The translations under genes and the position numbers were made by a program. A stretch of 64,000 nucleotides of DNA from Staphylococcus phage Twort: sequence record NC_007021.1, one strand, 5' to 3'. Of this stretch, positions 63,918 through 64,000 are shown piece after piece (positions within the stretch are counted from its first letter, which is position 1; the number at the start of each line of letters is the position of its first letter). The notes beneath the pieces were generated by a model. The model was not told where the DNA came from. It made no database searches and saw only the letters and a program-made list of their open reading frames with translations.

Positions 63918-64000
63918 CATACCTAAAACCTTGTTAAACGGGCATAGTAAAATAATGTATAGAAAAAACAATATACTGGTAAGAAACCCTAAATCTGACT

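Overview
This 64-kb window is AT-rich, densely packed, rho-independent-terminated phage DNA. Gene content and order match a Staphylococcus Twort-like myovirus (Herelleviridae); a CHAP+amidase_2+SH3b endolysin and holin pair is the clearest marker.

Layout:
- 1–20.8 kb, + strand: end of a DNA-metabolism arm. It holds a RecA/UvsX-like recombinase, a sigma-factor-like protein, a cluster of Ig-like/FN3 proteins, an SbcD/Mre11-like metallophosphoesterase and many small ORFs. A complete TnpB (IS605/IS607 OrfB) gene with a decayed TnpA remnant sits at 15.1–16.4 kb.
- 20.8–21.8 kb: a 1-kb non-coding AT-rich spacer whose purine/pyrimidine strand bias switches partway through.
- 16.4–30.6 kb: an early-type region of about 40 small ORFs, each behind a near-consensus TTGACA-N17-TATAAT promoter and a GAAGCGG-type terminator. 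It includes a pentapeptide-repeat protein, paralogous small membrane proteins, and an HTH protein followed by three 25-bp direct repeats and a candidate small RNA.
- 30.6–31.1 kb: a convergent intergenic region with four AGTCAAC iterons.
- 31.1–57.4 kb, − strand: a long leftward module. It contains a trifunctional Pnkp-like kinase/phosphatase/ligase RNA-repair enzyme, a lambda-type Ser/Thr phosphatase, a YopX protein, HNH homing endonucleases, tRNA-Met and a non-canonical tRNA-like element. It also contains an SNase-like nuclease, a 1380-aa beta-helix tail fibre/receptor-binding protein, dUTPase, a LysM protein, a nucleoside 2-deoxyribosyltransferase/LOG-like enzyme, PhoH, an IsaA-like transglycosylase, RNase H, an XRE regulator and the endolysin/holin pair.
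- 57.4–60.4 kb: a 27-bp perfect inverted repeat flanking a ~480-bp GC-elevated non-coding element, a (CTAATA)n repeat flanked by 15-bp inverted repeats, and small leftward ORFs.
- 60.45 kb onward, + strand: a rightward operon starts, leading into a terminase-large-subunit-like gene interrupted by group I intron(s) that carry a Zn-ribbon homing endonuclease.

All domain calls rest on motifs read directly from the translations; no database search was possible.
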